DNA from: Planctomycetota bacterium
GTDB lineage: Bacteria > Planctomycetota > UBA8108 > SXIK01
Assembly: GCA_965223845.1 (NCBI GenBank)
Contig: CBDCXR010000004.1
Span: forward strand, 7,680,001-7,744,000
Direction of reading: 5' to 3'
DNA length: 64,000 nt
Positions 28,916 through 38,928 of this stretch are shown in pieces. The notes beneath the pieces were generated by a model. That model was not told the origin of the DNA. It saw only the letters and a list, made by a program, of their open reading frames with translations, and ran no database searches. Both the position numbers and the translations under genes were made by a program. Positions within the stretch are counted from its first letter, which is position 1, and every line of letters begins with the position of its first letter.

Positions 28916-30097
28916 ATGAACAGCTTTGAACAAGAAGATCAGTTTGTCCTTCCGACGTACAGCAAGCTTCCGATGGCTCTCGTCCGCGGCCGTGGATCGT
29001 GGGTCGAAGACCAGGCGGGCGAGCGCTACCTCGACCTCTACGGCGGTCATGCCGTCACGCTCCTCGGCCATTCGCACCCGAAGTGGGTTGCGGCGCTCAA
29101 GGAACAGCTCGACGCGCTCGACTTCTATTCGAACGTCAGCTACCACCCGCTTCGTGCGGATGCGGCGCGACGACTCGTCGAGCACAGCTATCCGTCGATG
29201 GCCTCGGCGTACTTCTGCAATTCCGGTGCGGAGGCCGTCGAGACAGCGCTCAAGATCGCGCGCGGAGCGACGGGGCGCGAACGGGTCATCGCTCTCGAGC
29301 GCGATTTTCACGGGCGCACCGCCGGTGCGCTCGGAGTAGCGGGGAACCCGAAGCTCCGCGATCAGTTTCCCGCGTCTCTCGGGTCGTTCACCGACTTCGT
29401 TCCGCTCGGCGACCTCGACGCCCTGCGCGCGATCGATCCAGCAGCCGTCGCGGCGCTCATCCTCGAGCCGATTCAGAGCCTCGCCGGGGTGTATCTCGCG
29501 CCGCCCGAGTATTACGTCGAGCTCCGCCGGTACTGTTCGGAACACGGCATACAGCTCATCTTCGACGAAGTGCAGACCGGGAGCGGCCGCACCGGCGAGT
29601 GGTACGTCGGGACGCACTGGGACGTCGAGCCGGATCTCGTGACGACCGCCAAAGGCGTTGGTGGAGGCTTTCCCGTCGGCGTGGTCCTCGTGAACCGATC
29701 GCTGACGGACGGCGTTTCCGTCGGCGATCACGGGAGCACGTTCGGCGGAGGTCCGCTGGCGGTCGCCGCGGTGAGCGCGACGTACCGAATCCTCGAAGAA
29801 GAGGGGCTCGTCTCGGCGGTCGCGAAGCGCGGAGCAGAGGTGCGTCGCCGGCTCGAAGCGCTCGTGGGAGGACCCGTCGTGCGCGAGGTTCGCGGGCTCG
29901 GCTACCTCCTCGGTGTCGAGTGCACGGTGCCGGCAGCGGACGTCCATCGCCATCTTCTCGCCGCGAAGATTCTCGTCGGAAAATCCGGCGATCCGAACAC
30001 GCTCCGTCTTCTCCCTCCGCTCACCGTGACCGACGAGGAGTGGGATCTCTTCTTCTCCGCCCTCGAGAGTTTCGAGCCGGCCGCCGCCACCGCATGA
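28916..30097 (+). CDS. argD: Acylornithine aminotransferase (class III)
   Basis: YLDLYGGHAV, NSGAEA, FHGRT, FDEVQTGSGRTG, AKGVGGGFP, HGSTFGG. Confidence 0.92.
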   Translation: MNSFEQEDQFVLPTYSKLPMALVRGRGSWVEDQAGERYLDLYGGHAVTLLGHSHPKWVAALKEQLDALDFYSNVSYHPLRADAARRLVEHSYPSMASAYFCNSGAEAVETALKIARGATGRERVIALERDFHGRTAGALGVAGNPKLRDQFPASLGSFTDFVPLGDLDALRAIDPAAVAALILEPIQSLAGVYLAPPEYYVELRRYCSEHGIQLIFDEVQTGSGRTGEWYVGTHWDVEPDLVTTAKGVGGGFPVGVVLVNRSLTDGVSVGDHGSTFGGGPLAVAAVSATYRILEEEGLVSAVAKRGAEVRRRLEALVGGPVVREVRGLGYLLGVECTVPAADVHRHLLAAKILVGKSGDPNTLRLLPPLTVTDEEWDLFFSALESFEPAAATA

Positions 30098-30180
30098 TCG
30101 GTTCGTGGCGCAGCGTTTCGTGGGCAGTTCCGCCTGCGCCGTCGTCGTAGTATACTCCGGGTTTTGGCCAGGGCCGTCTG

Positions 30181-31173
30181 ATGCGACATTTCTATAGTCT
30201 GAACGAGTTTAGCCCGGGCGACATCGACGAGCTCCTCGATCGAGCGGTCTACCACAAGGAGAACCGCTACGTCGACGTGCTGCGTCGGCGGCAGATCGCC
30301 CTCCTTTTCCTCGATCCGTCGCTTCGCACGCGCTGCTCCTTCGAGGTCGCGCTCCGCGAGCTCGGCGCCGGAGTGAGCAATCTCGAGAGTCAGTCGCTCT
30401 GGACGCTCGAGACCGAGTTCGGAAAGCGGATGGACGGCGATCGAACCGAACACGTCCGCGAGGCGATCGGCGTTCTCTCTCGCTATTTTGACGGACTCGG
30501 CCTCCGCTGCTTCGCGCGCGGGGAGAATCGCGACGACGATCTCGTCGACCGGATGTTCAGCTCGTTCATGGAGCACGCGAAGATTCCGGTCTTCAATATG
30601 GAGTCGGCCGTTTACCACCCGTGCCAGGCGATGGCGGATTTGCTCACGATCCGCGAGTTGCTCGACTCTCTGAACGGCCGAAAGATCAGCATCGTCTGGG
30701 CGACGCACCCGCGACCACTTCCGCACGCGGTGGCGAACTCGATCGTGCTCGCGACGGCGCTCACTGGAATGGACGTGACGCTCGCGCATCCGGAAGGCTT
30801 CGAGCTCCACGACGGGATCATGACTCTCGCGCGTAGTTTCGCGGAAAAATCGGGAGCCAACCTGCGCGTCACGCACGATCTGTCCGACGGTGTTCGCGAA
30901 ACGGAAGTCGTGTACGCGAAGGCGTGGGGCGGTCTCCTCCGCTACGACGACCCCGCCGCCGAGGCGGCGCTCCGGGAGAAGCATCGCGACTGGATCGTCG
31001 ACAAGCCGCTCCTCGACCTCACGCGACGCGCGTACTTCATGCACTGTCTCCCGGTGCGGCGGAACGTCGTCGTCTCGGACGAGGTGCTCGACTCGCAGCA
31101 GTCGGTCGTCCTTCGCCAGGCCGAAAACCGACTCCACGCCCAGAAAGCGATTCTCGAGTGGATGTTCTCTTGA
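30181..31173 (+). CDS. argF: N-acylornithine carbamoyltransferase (ArgF', AOTCase/SOTCase type)
   Basis: PSLRT, HPCQ, WATHPRPLPHAVANS and FMHCLPVRRN are ArgF' signatures rather than those of canonical OTCase. Confidence 0.93.
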   Translation: MRHFYSLNEFSPGDIDELLDRAVYHKENRYVDVLRRRQIALLFLDPSLRTRCSFEVALRELGAGVSNLESQSLWTLETEFGKRMDGDRTEHVREAIGVLSRYFDGLGLRCFARGENRDDDLVDRMFSSFMEHAKIPVFNMESAVYHPCQAMADLLTIRELLDSLNGRKISIVWATHPRPLPHAVANSIVLATALTGMDVTLAHPEGFELHDGIMTLARSFAEKSGANLRVTHDLSDGVRETEVVYAKAWGGLLRYDDPAAEAALREKHRDWIVDKPLLDLTRRAYFMHCLPVRRNVVVSDEVLDSQQSVVLRQAENRLHAQKAILEWMFS

Positions 31174-32525
31174 TCCGGCGGGCAGGAACGGCAGTCGCGA
31201 TCTGGACGGCACTTTGCGCGGCAGCGAGCGGCGCGCTGGTCGCCGCCGACCCGATCGTTCAGGACGACGATTTTCTCGGGAGCGCACCGTTCATTCGCGC
31301 GGTGCCGTCGGACGTCCTCTTTTACGGCGAGTTTCGCTGCCCACGGGGAGGCGCGTTCGCCGCCGGCGCGGCCGGTCTCAGAGACGCCCTCGCCGAACCG
31401 ACCTTCCTCTCTTCCTTCGCCGAGTATCTCGGCCCGCGCGTGCGCGAACGGAAAAAAGGCTCGGTCAAGGAGTCGCTCGATCACTGGGCGCGCCTTCTCG
31501 GTTCTTCGAGGTGGTGGCGGTTCGGCGCGGGCGAAGGCTTCCTCGCCGCGAGAATCGAGGACGGCCGGCGCGTCTGGCTCGCGGGCACGCGCGTCCCGGC
31601 GAGCGAATGCGACGCGCGATTCGCCGAGATCGAGCGGGTTCTCTACGGATTCGCGGCGATCCTCCCGAATCGAGAGCTCGAAGTGGGGCGGCACAAAGGC
31701 GCGAGCGTCATCCGGCTCTACCGCCTCTCCTATCCGCTCGACGAGCTGTGTGTGTCGGCGGAAGAGGGATGGATCCTGGCGTCGACGTCGCGTCAGTTCC
31801 TCCGCCAGGCGCATCTCAATCTGCGCGGCCGCACCCGTGACCGGGGACTCGAGCTCACCGCGCTCGACGACAAGGAACTCGCGTCAGTCGCGGAGACCTC
31901 GCGGTTTCTTGCTCGTCGCCGGTCGAGCTGGTCGAACGGATCGACCGACCGGGTGCATTCCGAACGATCGGACTCAGACGGTCCGCCGGCGGGGTTCTTC
32001 TTGTCGGTGCGCCCCGATCGCCTGTTCGCCGACGCGATCGGAGACGACGCGCTCCTCGGTGAGTGGACGAACTTCGTCGTCGCGATGGACGTGAGTGCGT
32101 CCGAGGCCGCGCTCGAGGGCGTATTTGCGAGCGACTTCCGCGGAGGGACGGCCGAGCTCCGGCGCGTGTTCGAGCGAGCGCTCTTGGATCCGCTCGCATC
32201 CGGCGATCTCGGGCCGACGATCGCGCGGGAAGTTCCCGTTCTGCTGCCGGTCCGCTATCGCGTTGATGAATCCGGACGTGCGGAGGCGGGACTCGGTTCG
32301 CCGGCGGTGCTCGCACTCCTCCGGTCGATCGCGGATTGGGTCAAGTCCGCAGCGACGGTGTCGGGCATCGATTCCACGCAGATTGCCGTCGACGCGGCAC
32401 CCGCCGCCGGAGGTCTCTCGGGACGAGTGAAGCTCACGCTTGGCGCACCGCGAAACGACGGCGACGACGGTGCCGATGGGGCGCCGGACGACGGCGCAGA
32501 ATCGAAACGCGAATCTTCGCGCTGA
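31170..32525 (+). CDS. Hypothetical exported protein
   Basis: TTG start overlapping the argF' stop; signal-peptide-like N-terminus; no recognised motif. Confidence 0.6.
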   Translation: MIRRAGTAVAIWTALCAAASGALVAADPIVQDDDFLGSAPFIRAVPSDVLFYGEFRCPRGGAFAAGAAGLRDALAEPTFLSSFAEYLGPRVRERKKGSVKESLDHWARLLGSSRWWRFGAGEGFLAARIEDGRRVWLAGTRVPASECDARFAEIERVLYGFAAILPNRELEVGRHKGASVIRLYRLSYPLDELCVSAEEGWILASTSRQFLRQAHLNLRGRTRDRGLELTALDDKELASVAETSRFLARRRSSWSNGSTDRVHSERSDSDGPPAGFFLSVRPDRLFADAIGDDALLGEWTNFVVAMDVSASEAALEGVFASDFRGGTAELRRVFERALLDPLASGDLGPTIAREVPVLLPVRYRVDESGRAEAGLGSPAVLALLRSIADWVKSAATVSGIDSTQIAVDAAPAAGGLSGRVKLTLGAPRNDGDDGADGAPDDGAESKRESSR

Positions 32526-32602
32526 ACGAGCCGGCGAAAAATCGTCGGATTTCGGCCGGTCGCGCGGACGCGACACGGACGAACTCGAGGTAAGATCGCG
32601 GC

Positions 32603-34615
32603 ATGAGCCAGTGCCCGAGTTGTCACAGCTACAACGACGACGCGGCGGGATTCTGCGGCCAGTGCGGCGAGCGTCTTCCGACGCAGGCGCGCCCGACGAC
32701 GGTGGTGAGGACGCGGGCGATCGGGCGCGACGGGACGCGGCGGCGCACGCGAGTGGCTTCAGCTCTGATCGGGATCGTGCTCGTCGCGCTCGTGTTCGTT
32801 CTCATCGTCGCGGACGGAGAGTCCGATCCCGCACCGGCGGGCGAGGCGCCGAGCGATGTCGGTGCCCCGGCGGCCGTTTCGGCGGCAGCGGGGACCGTGC
32901 GCGCGAACGATGACTCGGCAGCGATCCCCGAGGAAACCACGCCTGATCCCGGCGCGGCGGAGCCTGCGGAAGCGGCCCAACTCCGTGCGGCGCGTGCGCT
33001 CGTCGTCCTCGAGCTTCGCGACGAGCGCGGGCGACCGTGGCGAGAGGTGCGAGGCGTCCTCATCGACCGGCGCGGCATCGTCCTTTGCCGCTGGTCGCCG
33101 CTTCTCGGCGCGGTCGAGGGTGAAGCTCGGCTGCTCGCTGATCGCGGGGACCGGATGCCGATCACGGGTGTCGTCTACTCAAACGCGTGGCCCGACTGCG
33201 CTCTCGTTCACGTCGAACCGCGGTCTCCCGTGCCGGGGATTTCCCTCCGGCCGACTCGGCCGGAGGACGGGGACGCCGCCGTGCTCTTCTACGACCACCG
33301 TCCGATCGCCGCGAGCGTCGGCGAAACCGATGTGACGGGCGCCGACGGACGAACGCGCGTTCGCGCCGTCGCCGAGCGCGCGCTTCCGCCCGGCGTGTTC
33401 CTCGCGGTGGACGACCGGGCTCGCGTGGTCGGACTCTGCCGACCGGACGACGAGATCGGTGACCCCGGTCTCGTCGCGACGAACGGGGAGTCTTCGGATG
33501 ACCGTTCGCAGGCGCGCTCGGTCCTCGTCGATCCCGTCGGCGAGCTCGTCGATGCCCTCGACGATCCCGCCCTCTTCAGTCTTCAGGGAGCAACCGAGCG
33601 GTTCTACCGGGACACGTTCGCCGACTTGTATCGACGCGGCCGAGAAGCGATCGTCGACAAACGCTGGACGGACGCCATCGATCTCTTCGCCCGCGCGGTC
33701 GACGCTGCGTCGCGCGAAGGGATCTCCGAGGAGGATCTCGACCGGGCCCGAGCGGAACTCCGGGAGGCGTATTTCCGCGAGGCAGAGCGTCGGCTCGCGG
33801 CGCGTCGACTCGAGGAGACGGAGGAGCTGCTCTCGCGCGCGCTCGAAGCGTTCGAAACCGACGTGACTCTCTGGCGCATGCTCGGCGACGTGCGCTCGGC
33901 TCTCGGCCTTCACGCCGACGCGATCGCCGCCTACCTAGCCGCGCGCGACGCGGGCGGGGGAGCGGACATCGAGCGCTCCCTCGAAGACGCGTACCTCGCG
34001 CTCATTCGAGCACAGGCGACCGCCGGTGACATACGCGGAGCCGAGCTCTCCCTCGTCGACGGAATTGAGCAACTTCCCGGGAGCGCCGCGCTGCGGATCG
34101 AGCTCGCGAAGATCTACATCGACTTCGACGCGTACGATGACGCGGTGCAGCTGCTCAATACTGCGCGCGAGCTCGATCCGAAGGCAGCGAACGTCGTCGA
34201 GACTTTTCTTTCCCGCATCGACGACGCGCTGCGACGGCGCGACGCCGTGATCATTCCAATCGAATCGTCGTCGTCACTGCGCGCGCGAGCTCTCGTCGAC
34301 GGTCGCGAGAACGTCACGTTCGTCATCGATACCGGCGCTACCTACACGGCGATTCCACTCGCCGCGGCGACGCGTCTCGGCTACGACGTCGAAGGTGCGC
34401 CGCGGCGCACCGTGCGAACGGCGAGCGGTCTGTCGACCGTGCCGGTTCTTCGCGTCGAGTCCGTCGATCTCGAGGGGTACGCGGTGCGTAATCTCGAAGT
34501 GCTCGTCCTTCCGACGAACGGACCGAAGGTGGGGCTCCTCGGCCTCAACTACCTCAACCACTTCCGCTACAGCGTCGACTCGGCCCGTCGCGAGTTTCGG
34601 TTGGAGCGCCAGTGA
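32603..34615 (+). CDS. Zn-ribbon/TM/TPR protein with C-terminal retropepsin-like aspartyl protease
   Basis: CPSC...CGQC, a TM helix, TPR-like helices, FVIDTGATY and GLLGLNYL. Confidence 0.85.
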   Translation: MSQCPSCHSYNDDAAGFCGQCGERLPTQARPTTVVRTRAIGRDGTRRRTRVASALIGIVLVALVFVLIVADGESDPAPAGEAPSDVGAPAAVSAAAGTVRANDDSAAIPEETTPDPGAAEPAEAAQLRAARALVVLELRDERGRPWREVRGVLIDRRGIVLCRWSPLLGAVEGEARLLADRGDRMPITGVVYSNAWPDCALVHVEPRSPVPGISLRPTRPEDGDAAVLFYDHRPIAASVGETDVTGADGRTRVRAVAERALPPGVFLAVDDRARVVGLCRPDDEIGDPGLVATNGESSDDRSQARSVLVDPVGELVDALDDPALFSLQGATERFYRDTFADLYRRGREAIVDKRWTDAIDLFARAVDAASREGISEEDLDRARAELREAYFREAERRLAARRLEETEELLSRALEAFETDVTLWRMLGDVRSALGLHADAIAAYLAARDAGGGADIERSLEDAYLALIRAQATAGDIRGAELSLVDGIEQLPGSAALRIELAKIYIDFDAYDDAVQLLNTARELDPKAANVVETFLSRIDDALRRRDAVIIPIESSSSLRARALVDGRENVTFVIDTGATYTAIPLAAATRLGYDVEGAPRRTVRTASGLSTVPVLRVESVDLEGYAVRNLEVLVLPTNGPKVGLLGLNYLNHFRYSVDSARREFRLERQ

Positions 34616-34691
34616 ACGCGGAACCGCTTCACTCGGGAGCGCCGAACATAGACGATGAGCGGGAAGGTCTCGCCGGAGCCGGCGGCGCGAT

Positions 34692-35831
34692 CTAGAATTG
34701 TGCCCGCACCGGGATCTTCAGTTCGGGGAGAAGCGGATCGTCGGTCGTGACCGCGATCACGTCCTTCACGAAGCGCTTCCCGCTCTCCGGCCTCCGCAGG
34801 AGGTCGACGGTAAGCCGGTAGGATTTACCCGCTTCGATCGGCGCGAGATCGACGCGAAAGAGGTCGCTTTCCCTCTTCACGCCGCGCACGCTGAACCGGT
34901 GGGATTCGCCGCCGCGACTCGTCAGCGTGAGAACTTTTCGTACGGCCGAGCTCGACTCGTTCGCCGAGGGGCCGAGCCCGGTGGTCTCCCGCCGGCGAAA
35001 GTACACGGAACGCCGGGGTGTGACGTGGATGCGCGGGAGAAGCTGAAGCGTTACGGGGAGGTGGAGTGAGTACTGGCGCTCGCCCGCGCGGACGTTCGTG
35101 ACCATCGTCTCGGTCTCGAGGCCGAGTTTCTTGGGGTCGAGCTTCCCCGTCGCGAGGTGGGTGACGATCGTTCCGTCCTTCTTCTGAGAGCTCGTGGGGA
35201 CAAGGAGCTTCCGCTTCGCGGCGAGCGAGATCAGCTCGACTCCCTCGAGCTTCGGTCGGAGCTCGAGCCGGAGCGGCTTCTCCGGGGGGGGGCCGCCGGA
35301 GACTACGGGGATGACCGGAGCTTTCGGATGGAGCTCGAGGAGCTCTGCAATCCGGCCGCGCACGCGGAGCTCGCTGACGCTCTTCCCCGCGCCGTTCGAG
35401 ATGATCTCGGTCGTCTTTTCGATTTCCCCGCGAAACGTTCCGGTGTCGATCGTCATGCGGAGCACCGTCGCCTCGCCGGGCGCGAGGATCTTCTTGAACG
35501 TGCGCTCGTCGACGAGAGTGCACCCGCAGGCCGGTTTCACGGATCGAATCTTCAGCTCGGCGGTGCCGGTGTTTTCGAGCGCGAAGGCGACGTCGAGCTG
35601 CTCGCCGCGATAGCGTTCGCCCCAGTCGTACACCGGTGCGCGGACCGAGAGTACGGGCGCGGGTGAGGTCGGGCTTGCGCCGTCACCGGCGGGCGAGGTC
35701 TCTTCAGGTTCCGCCTGCGCGGAGACGCTTCTCGCGGCGACGGCGACCAAGAGGGCAAGGAGCACCGACCGCACCGCACGGAGTCCTCGGCGTCGACGCC
35801 ACCCGATCGGTCGGTCGCAGTGTGAATTCAC
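34692..35831 (-). CDS. DUF1573 (Ig-like) exported protein
   Basis: YDWG, FALENTG, VKPACGCT, LAPGE. Confidence 0.8.
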   Translation of the reverse strand: MNSHCDRPIGWRRRRGLRAVRSVLLALLVAVAARSVSAQAEPEETSPAGDGASPTSPAPVLSVRAPVYDWGERYRGEQLDVAFALENTGTAELKIRSVKPACGCTLVDERTFKKILAPGEATVLRMTIDTGTFRGEIEKTTEIISNGAGKSVSELRVRGRIAELLELHPKAPVIPVVSGGPPPEKPLRLELRPKLEGVELISLAAKRKLLVPTSSQKKDGTIVTHLATGKLDPKKLGLETETMVTNVRAGERQYSLHLPVTLQLLPRIHVTPRRSVYFRRRETTGLGPSANESSSAVRKVLTLTSRGGESHRFSVRGVKRESDLFRVDLAPIEAGKSYRLTVDLLRRPESGKRFVKDVIAVTTDDPLLPELKIPVRAQF

Positions 35832-35875
35832 CGGCGGTTCTCGCGGCGAGCAGAGAGGGAACGGGGAGACTGCGT

Positions 35876-35919
35876 GACAAAGGAGCCAGCACCCAGACGA
35901 CGGTACCGGCTCCTTTGTC
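35876..35919 (-). terminator. Intergenic hairpin (terminator or mRNA-stabilising stem)
   Basis: 12-bp perfect inverted repeat GACAAAGGAGCC...GGCTCCTTTGTC between the two DUF1573 genes. Confidence 0.5.
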
Positions 35920-35953
35920 GCGATTTCAGTGGATCGAGACGCCGCGCTCGCAA

Positions 35954-37114
35954 TCAGCGCGAGCCGAAGATCGCCATCGCCGTGATCTTGAGCTCGGGTT
36001 GACTCGGGTCGTCCGTCTTGACCGTCAGCCGTTCGCGGAGCGTCCGCGTCGCGGACTCCGGCCGACCCTTGAGGGTCACCTCGAGCTCGTACTCGCGACC
36101 CTCGGCGCGGGGAGTGAGCTTCGTCTCGAACGCGCTCGTCTCCGCATCGCTTTCGATGCTGAGGATCTTAAACTTGTGCGTCTCGTCCGCGAGGCTCTTG
36201 ATCGTCAGCTTCTTGACGAGTGCCGGCGCCTCCGGCTTGGCGAGTTCGGTCGTCTCCTTCCGCGGGAAGTACGCCGAACGGGGGTTGACGTCGATGCGGT
36301 CTTTGACGAGGAGCGTCACGCGCACCGGGATCTCGATCGTCTTCTCACCCGTCTCGACCTTGACGGTGACATTCTCGTAGAAGTAGTTCCGGTTGCTGTT
36401 CGCGAGATCGATCGCGAGATCGACCGCGTACTCTTCTCCGGCCTTCACTTCCCGAAGCGACGCGTTGATGATCGTGCTCTTCGTGGTCACCTCGACCACC
36501 TTGGCTTCGGACTTCGACTGCCGGCGCAGAATGAACTCGCCGGAGGGCGACGCCGTCCCGCGTACGACCTCGATGCGCGGATTCTCGGGCTGAACCGCGT
36601 AGACCTGCTCGACGGTCCCCTGCATGGTGAGCTTGATGGGCTTCGCCGTCGCGTTCGAGTAGACGTCGGCGGTCTTCTTGAGTGCGCCCTTAAATCGCTT
36701 CGTGTCCACGCTGAGCGTGATGGATCCGCTCGCACCGGGAGGAATCGGCTGCTCCGGCTTCTCGACCGCGGTGCAGCCGCACTGGGCCTTCACGCGCTCG
36801 ATGATGAGCGGACTGCCGCCGGTGTTCTTCACGCCGAACGTGTGCTTGACGACGGAGCCGCGCACGACCGTGCCCCACTCGTGGACGGGTTCTTCGAACT
36901 GAATGACGGGCGGCGTAAAGTTGCGCGGCGGCACGGGCGGACGATAGTTCCGCTTTTTCCTCGTGGGCGGCGCCTTCGCCGGCTCGACGGTCTCGGCCTT
37001 GGTCTTCGCGTCGCTCTGAGCCATCGCCGGAACGGAAAAGAGTGCTGCGGCGACGAGGGCGAGAGCCGCGCGCTGCGTCAACGAGGAGGGACGGGCAAAC
37101 GAAGCGGTGTTCAT
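35954..37114 (-). CDS. DUF1573 (Ig-like) exported protein
   Basis: Signal peptide (AMA-Q), HEWG, FGVKNTG, VKAQCGCT, IPPG. Confidence 0.85.
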   Translation of the reverse strand: MNTASFARPSSLTQRAALALVAAALFSVPAMAQSDAKTKAETVEPAKAPPTRKKRNYRPPVPPRNFTPPVIQFEEPVHEWGTVVRGSVVKHTFGVKNTGGSPLIIERVKAQCGCTAVEKPEQPIPPGASGSITLSVDTKRFKGALKKTADVYSNATAKPIKLTMQGTVEQVYAVQPENPRIEVVRGTASPSGEFILRRQSKSEAKVVEVTTKSTIINASLREVKAGEEYAVDLAIDLANSNRNYFYENVTVKVETGEKTIEIPVRVTLLVKDRIDVNPRSAYFPRKETTELAKPEAPALVKKLTIKSLADETHKFKILSIESDAETSAFETKLTPRAEGREYELEVTLKGRPESATRTLRERLTVKTDDPSQPELKITAMAIFGSR

Positions 37115-37563
37115 GAGTCGACCTCAAAGTCTGTGGCAAACCGGCCGGCGTCGGCCGGTTGAACCCTACGGCAACCAAGTCCCGCCGTGTCCCTCCGCCG
37201 AATCGCGCGGCGGGAGACACCGGCGAACGCGGGGGCACGCAACCGTCCCGTGCTCAGACGAAGGTTCCCGCAGACGAGAACCTTCGACGGTACCCGGACT
37301 GCCCGGACCGGTCCAGCGCGGCCCGATCGAGATCGGACCGGCGGGTCGAGCGGTAGATGGTCGCGTGGAGACTGGATTTCCTGGAAACCTCTCCATTTTA
37401 GCACAAGAGCTCGCCTTGTCAGCCAGCGGGGAGGCGCGCGTCGCGCCCCGAAAGCCGCTCGGCCAAACGGTCGGCGTTTCCCTCGTAGTACCCCGTGGGG
37501 CGACGATTCGGGAAGGTCCGGCTGGAGTTGCGTGGGCCCGACCTTCCTGGCAAGATCGGCAGC

Positions 37564-38928
37564 ATGCTGGGGATTCCGCATCGCTATCTCACGCGCTCGC
37601 TGCCGGGCGTCGGGGGCGAAATCAAGCAGCGCTACGAAGATTTCCGCGTGACGGAAGTTCCCCTCTACACCCCGAGCGGTGAGGGCGAGCACACTTACTT
37701 CGAGATCGAGAAGCGCGATTTGGCCACCCGCGAGGCGATCGATCTCATCGCCCGCCGCATCGGCGTCTCCCCCGACGAGATCGGTTACGCCGGCCTCAAG
37801 GACCGCCGTGGGATCACGCGGCAGACCCTCTCGGTGGGCGGCGTCGAGCCCGATCGCGTCCGCGAGCTCGCGATCGACGCGATCAAGATCCTCTGGGTCA
37901 ACCGGCATAGCAACAAGCTGAGGATCGGACACCTGCGGGGAAACCGCTTCGAGATCCGCGTCCGCGGCGTTTGTCCGGACGCCGAGGCGCGGCTCGGACC
38001 GATCATCGAAGCGATCTTGGCCCGCGGCATGCCGAACTACTTCGGGCCGCAGCGATTCGGGAGTCGCGCGGACGCCCACACGCTCGGCCGCGACCTCCTG
38101 CTCGGTCGGTGGGACGCGGCGGTGCGGCGTCTCCTCGGCGCGCCGGCCTCTACCGAGCGCGACCCTCAGACGATCGAGGCGCGCCGCCGCTTTGACGCCG
38201 GCGACCCCGTCGGCGCACGCGACGCATTCCCGCTTCAGTACGGGGATCAGCGAAGGGTTCTCGCCGCACTGATTCGAAATCCCGACCAACCCGAGCGCGC
38301 GCTCCGCCGCATGAGCGAGCCGAGCTACAAGATGTATCTCTCCGCGTACCAGGCCTATCTCTTCAATCTCATCGTCGAGTTCCGCATCGACGGGATCGCG
38401 GGTGCCGAGAGCGGCCTCGATGCCATCGCCCAAGGCGATCTCGCCTACCTCCACCGAAACGGCGCGGTCTTCTCGGTCGAGGATCCCGCGGCCGAGGCGG
38501 AGCGCATCGAGACGTTCGAGCTGAGCCCGAGCGGTCCGCTCTTCGGTGAGGCGATGCCTCACCCGAAGGGGGCCCCCGGCGCGCTCGAGGCTGAAGTGGT
38601 CGGCCGCGAGGGTTTCGAGCCGGTCGCGTTCTCGCGCTTGTTCCCGCGGCGAATTCTGAAGGGCGGGCGCCGCCCGCTCCGCGTGCCGGTTTCCGATCTT
38701 CAGTGGCGCATCGAGAAGAGCGACCTCCTCCTTCGGTTCTTTCTTCCGAAGGGCTCGTACGCGACGACCTTCATTCGCGAGCTGTCGAAGAACGAGGAGG
38801 TGCCCGACGAGTTCTACGCGGACGGGGAAGACGAGCGCCACCGACTCTGGCGTCCGGATCCTCCCGTCGAGTCGCCGGCCGGAGTCGACCGCGCGGATTC
38901 GCCCGACGAAGCGGGGGAAGACGCATGA
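37564..38928 (+). CDS. truD: tRNA pseudouridine(13) synthase TruD
   Basis: EDFRVTE, YAGLKDRRGITRQ, GHLRGNRF, PNYFGPQRFG, FFLPKGSYAT. Confidence 0.95.
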   Translation: MLGIPHRYLTRSLPGVGGEIKQRYEDFRVTEVPLYTPSGEGEHTYFEIEKRDLATREAIDLIARRIGVSPDEIGYAGLKDRRGITRQTLSVGGVEPDRVRELAIDAIKILWVNRHSNKLRIGHLRGNRFEIRVRGVCPDAEARLGPIIEAILARGMPNYFGPQRFGSRADAHTLGRDLLLGRWDAAVRRLLGAPASTERDPQTIEARRRFDAGDPVGARDAFPLQYGDQRRVLAALIRNPDQPERALRRMSEPSYKMYLSAYQAYLFNLIVEFRIDGIAGAESGLDAIAQGDLAYLHRNGAVFSVEDPAAEAERIETFELSPSGPLFGEAMPHPKGAPGALEAEVVGREGFEPVAFSRLFPRRILKGGRRPLRVPVSDLQWRIEKSDLLLRFFLPKGSYATTFIRELSKNEEVPDEFYADGEDERHRLWRPDPPVESPAGVDRADSPDEAGEDA

